A stretch of DNA of 64,000 nt, taken from contig NC_043014.1 in the NCBI RefSeq assembly GCF_006345805.1, positions 44,392,001 through 44,456,000 on the forward strand. The letters are read 5' to 3'. The position numbers and the translations under genes were made by a program. This DNA is from Octopus sinensis (lineage: Eukaryota). The notes below the pieces were generated by a model. That model did not search any database, was not told the DNA's origin, and saw only the letters and a program-made list of their open reading frames with translations. Positions 63,967-64,000 of this stretch are shown in pieces (within the stretch, counting starts at the first letter, position 1; the number at the start of each line of letters is the position of its first letter).

Positions 63967-64000
63967 ATATATATATATCACATATATATATATGCATATA

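Overview
AT-rich eukaryotic genomic DNA, densely filled with (TA)n/(CA)n microsatellites and tRNA-derived SINEs. The repeat families look like those of octopus (inference). Two genes are present. The first is the last coding exon of a calponin/transgelin-family gene (+, 94-396). The second is a single copine gene (-, 14 coding exons, 15977-54029; I traced all splice sites and phases, giving 2244 nt and 747 aa): C2A-C2B-VWA plus an unusual ~220-aa Pro/Gln/Tyr-rich repeat tail. Introns and intergenic DNA hold SINEs, RTE/CR1/L1-Tx1 LINE fragments, mariner/maT, piggyBac and pogo-like remnants, MITEs and two Helitron-type elements. The most unusual signal is a set of 160-570 bp fold-back (inverted-repeat) elements, most of them inside or abutting (TA)n tracts. 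At least three unrelated sequence families of these (a fourth is a variant) carry a minimal type I hammerhead ribozyme motif: CUGAnGA core, GAAAC, palindromic stem III loop and NUH cleavage site. This hammerhead form is known from Penelope-like retroelements and retrozymes. One fold-back boundary falls at the predicted self-cleavage site, and one family shows an apparent compensatory G3-C8 core swap. All ribozyme calls are by eye and untested.
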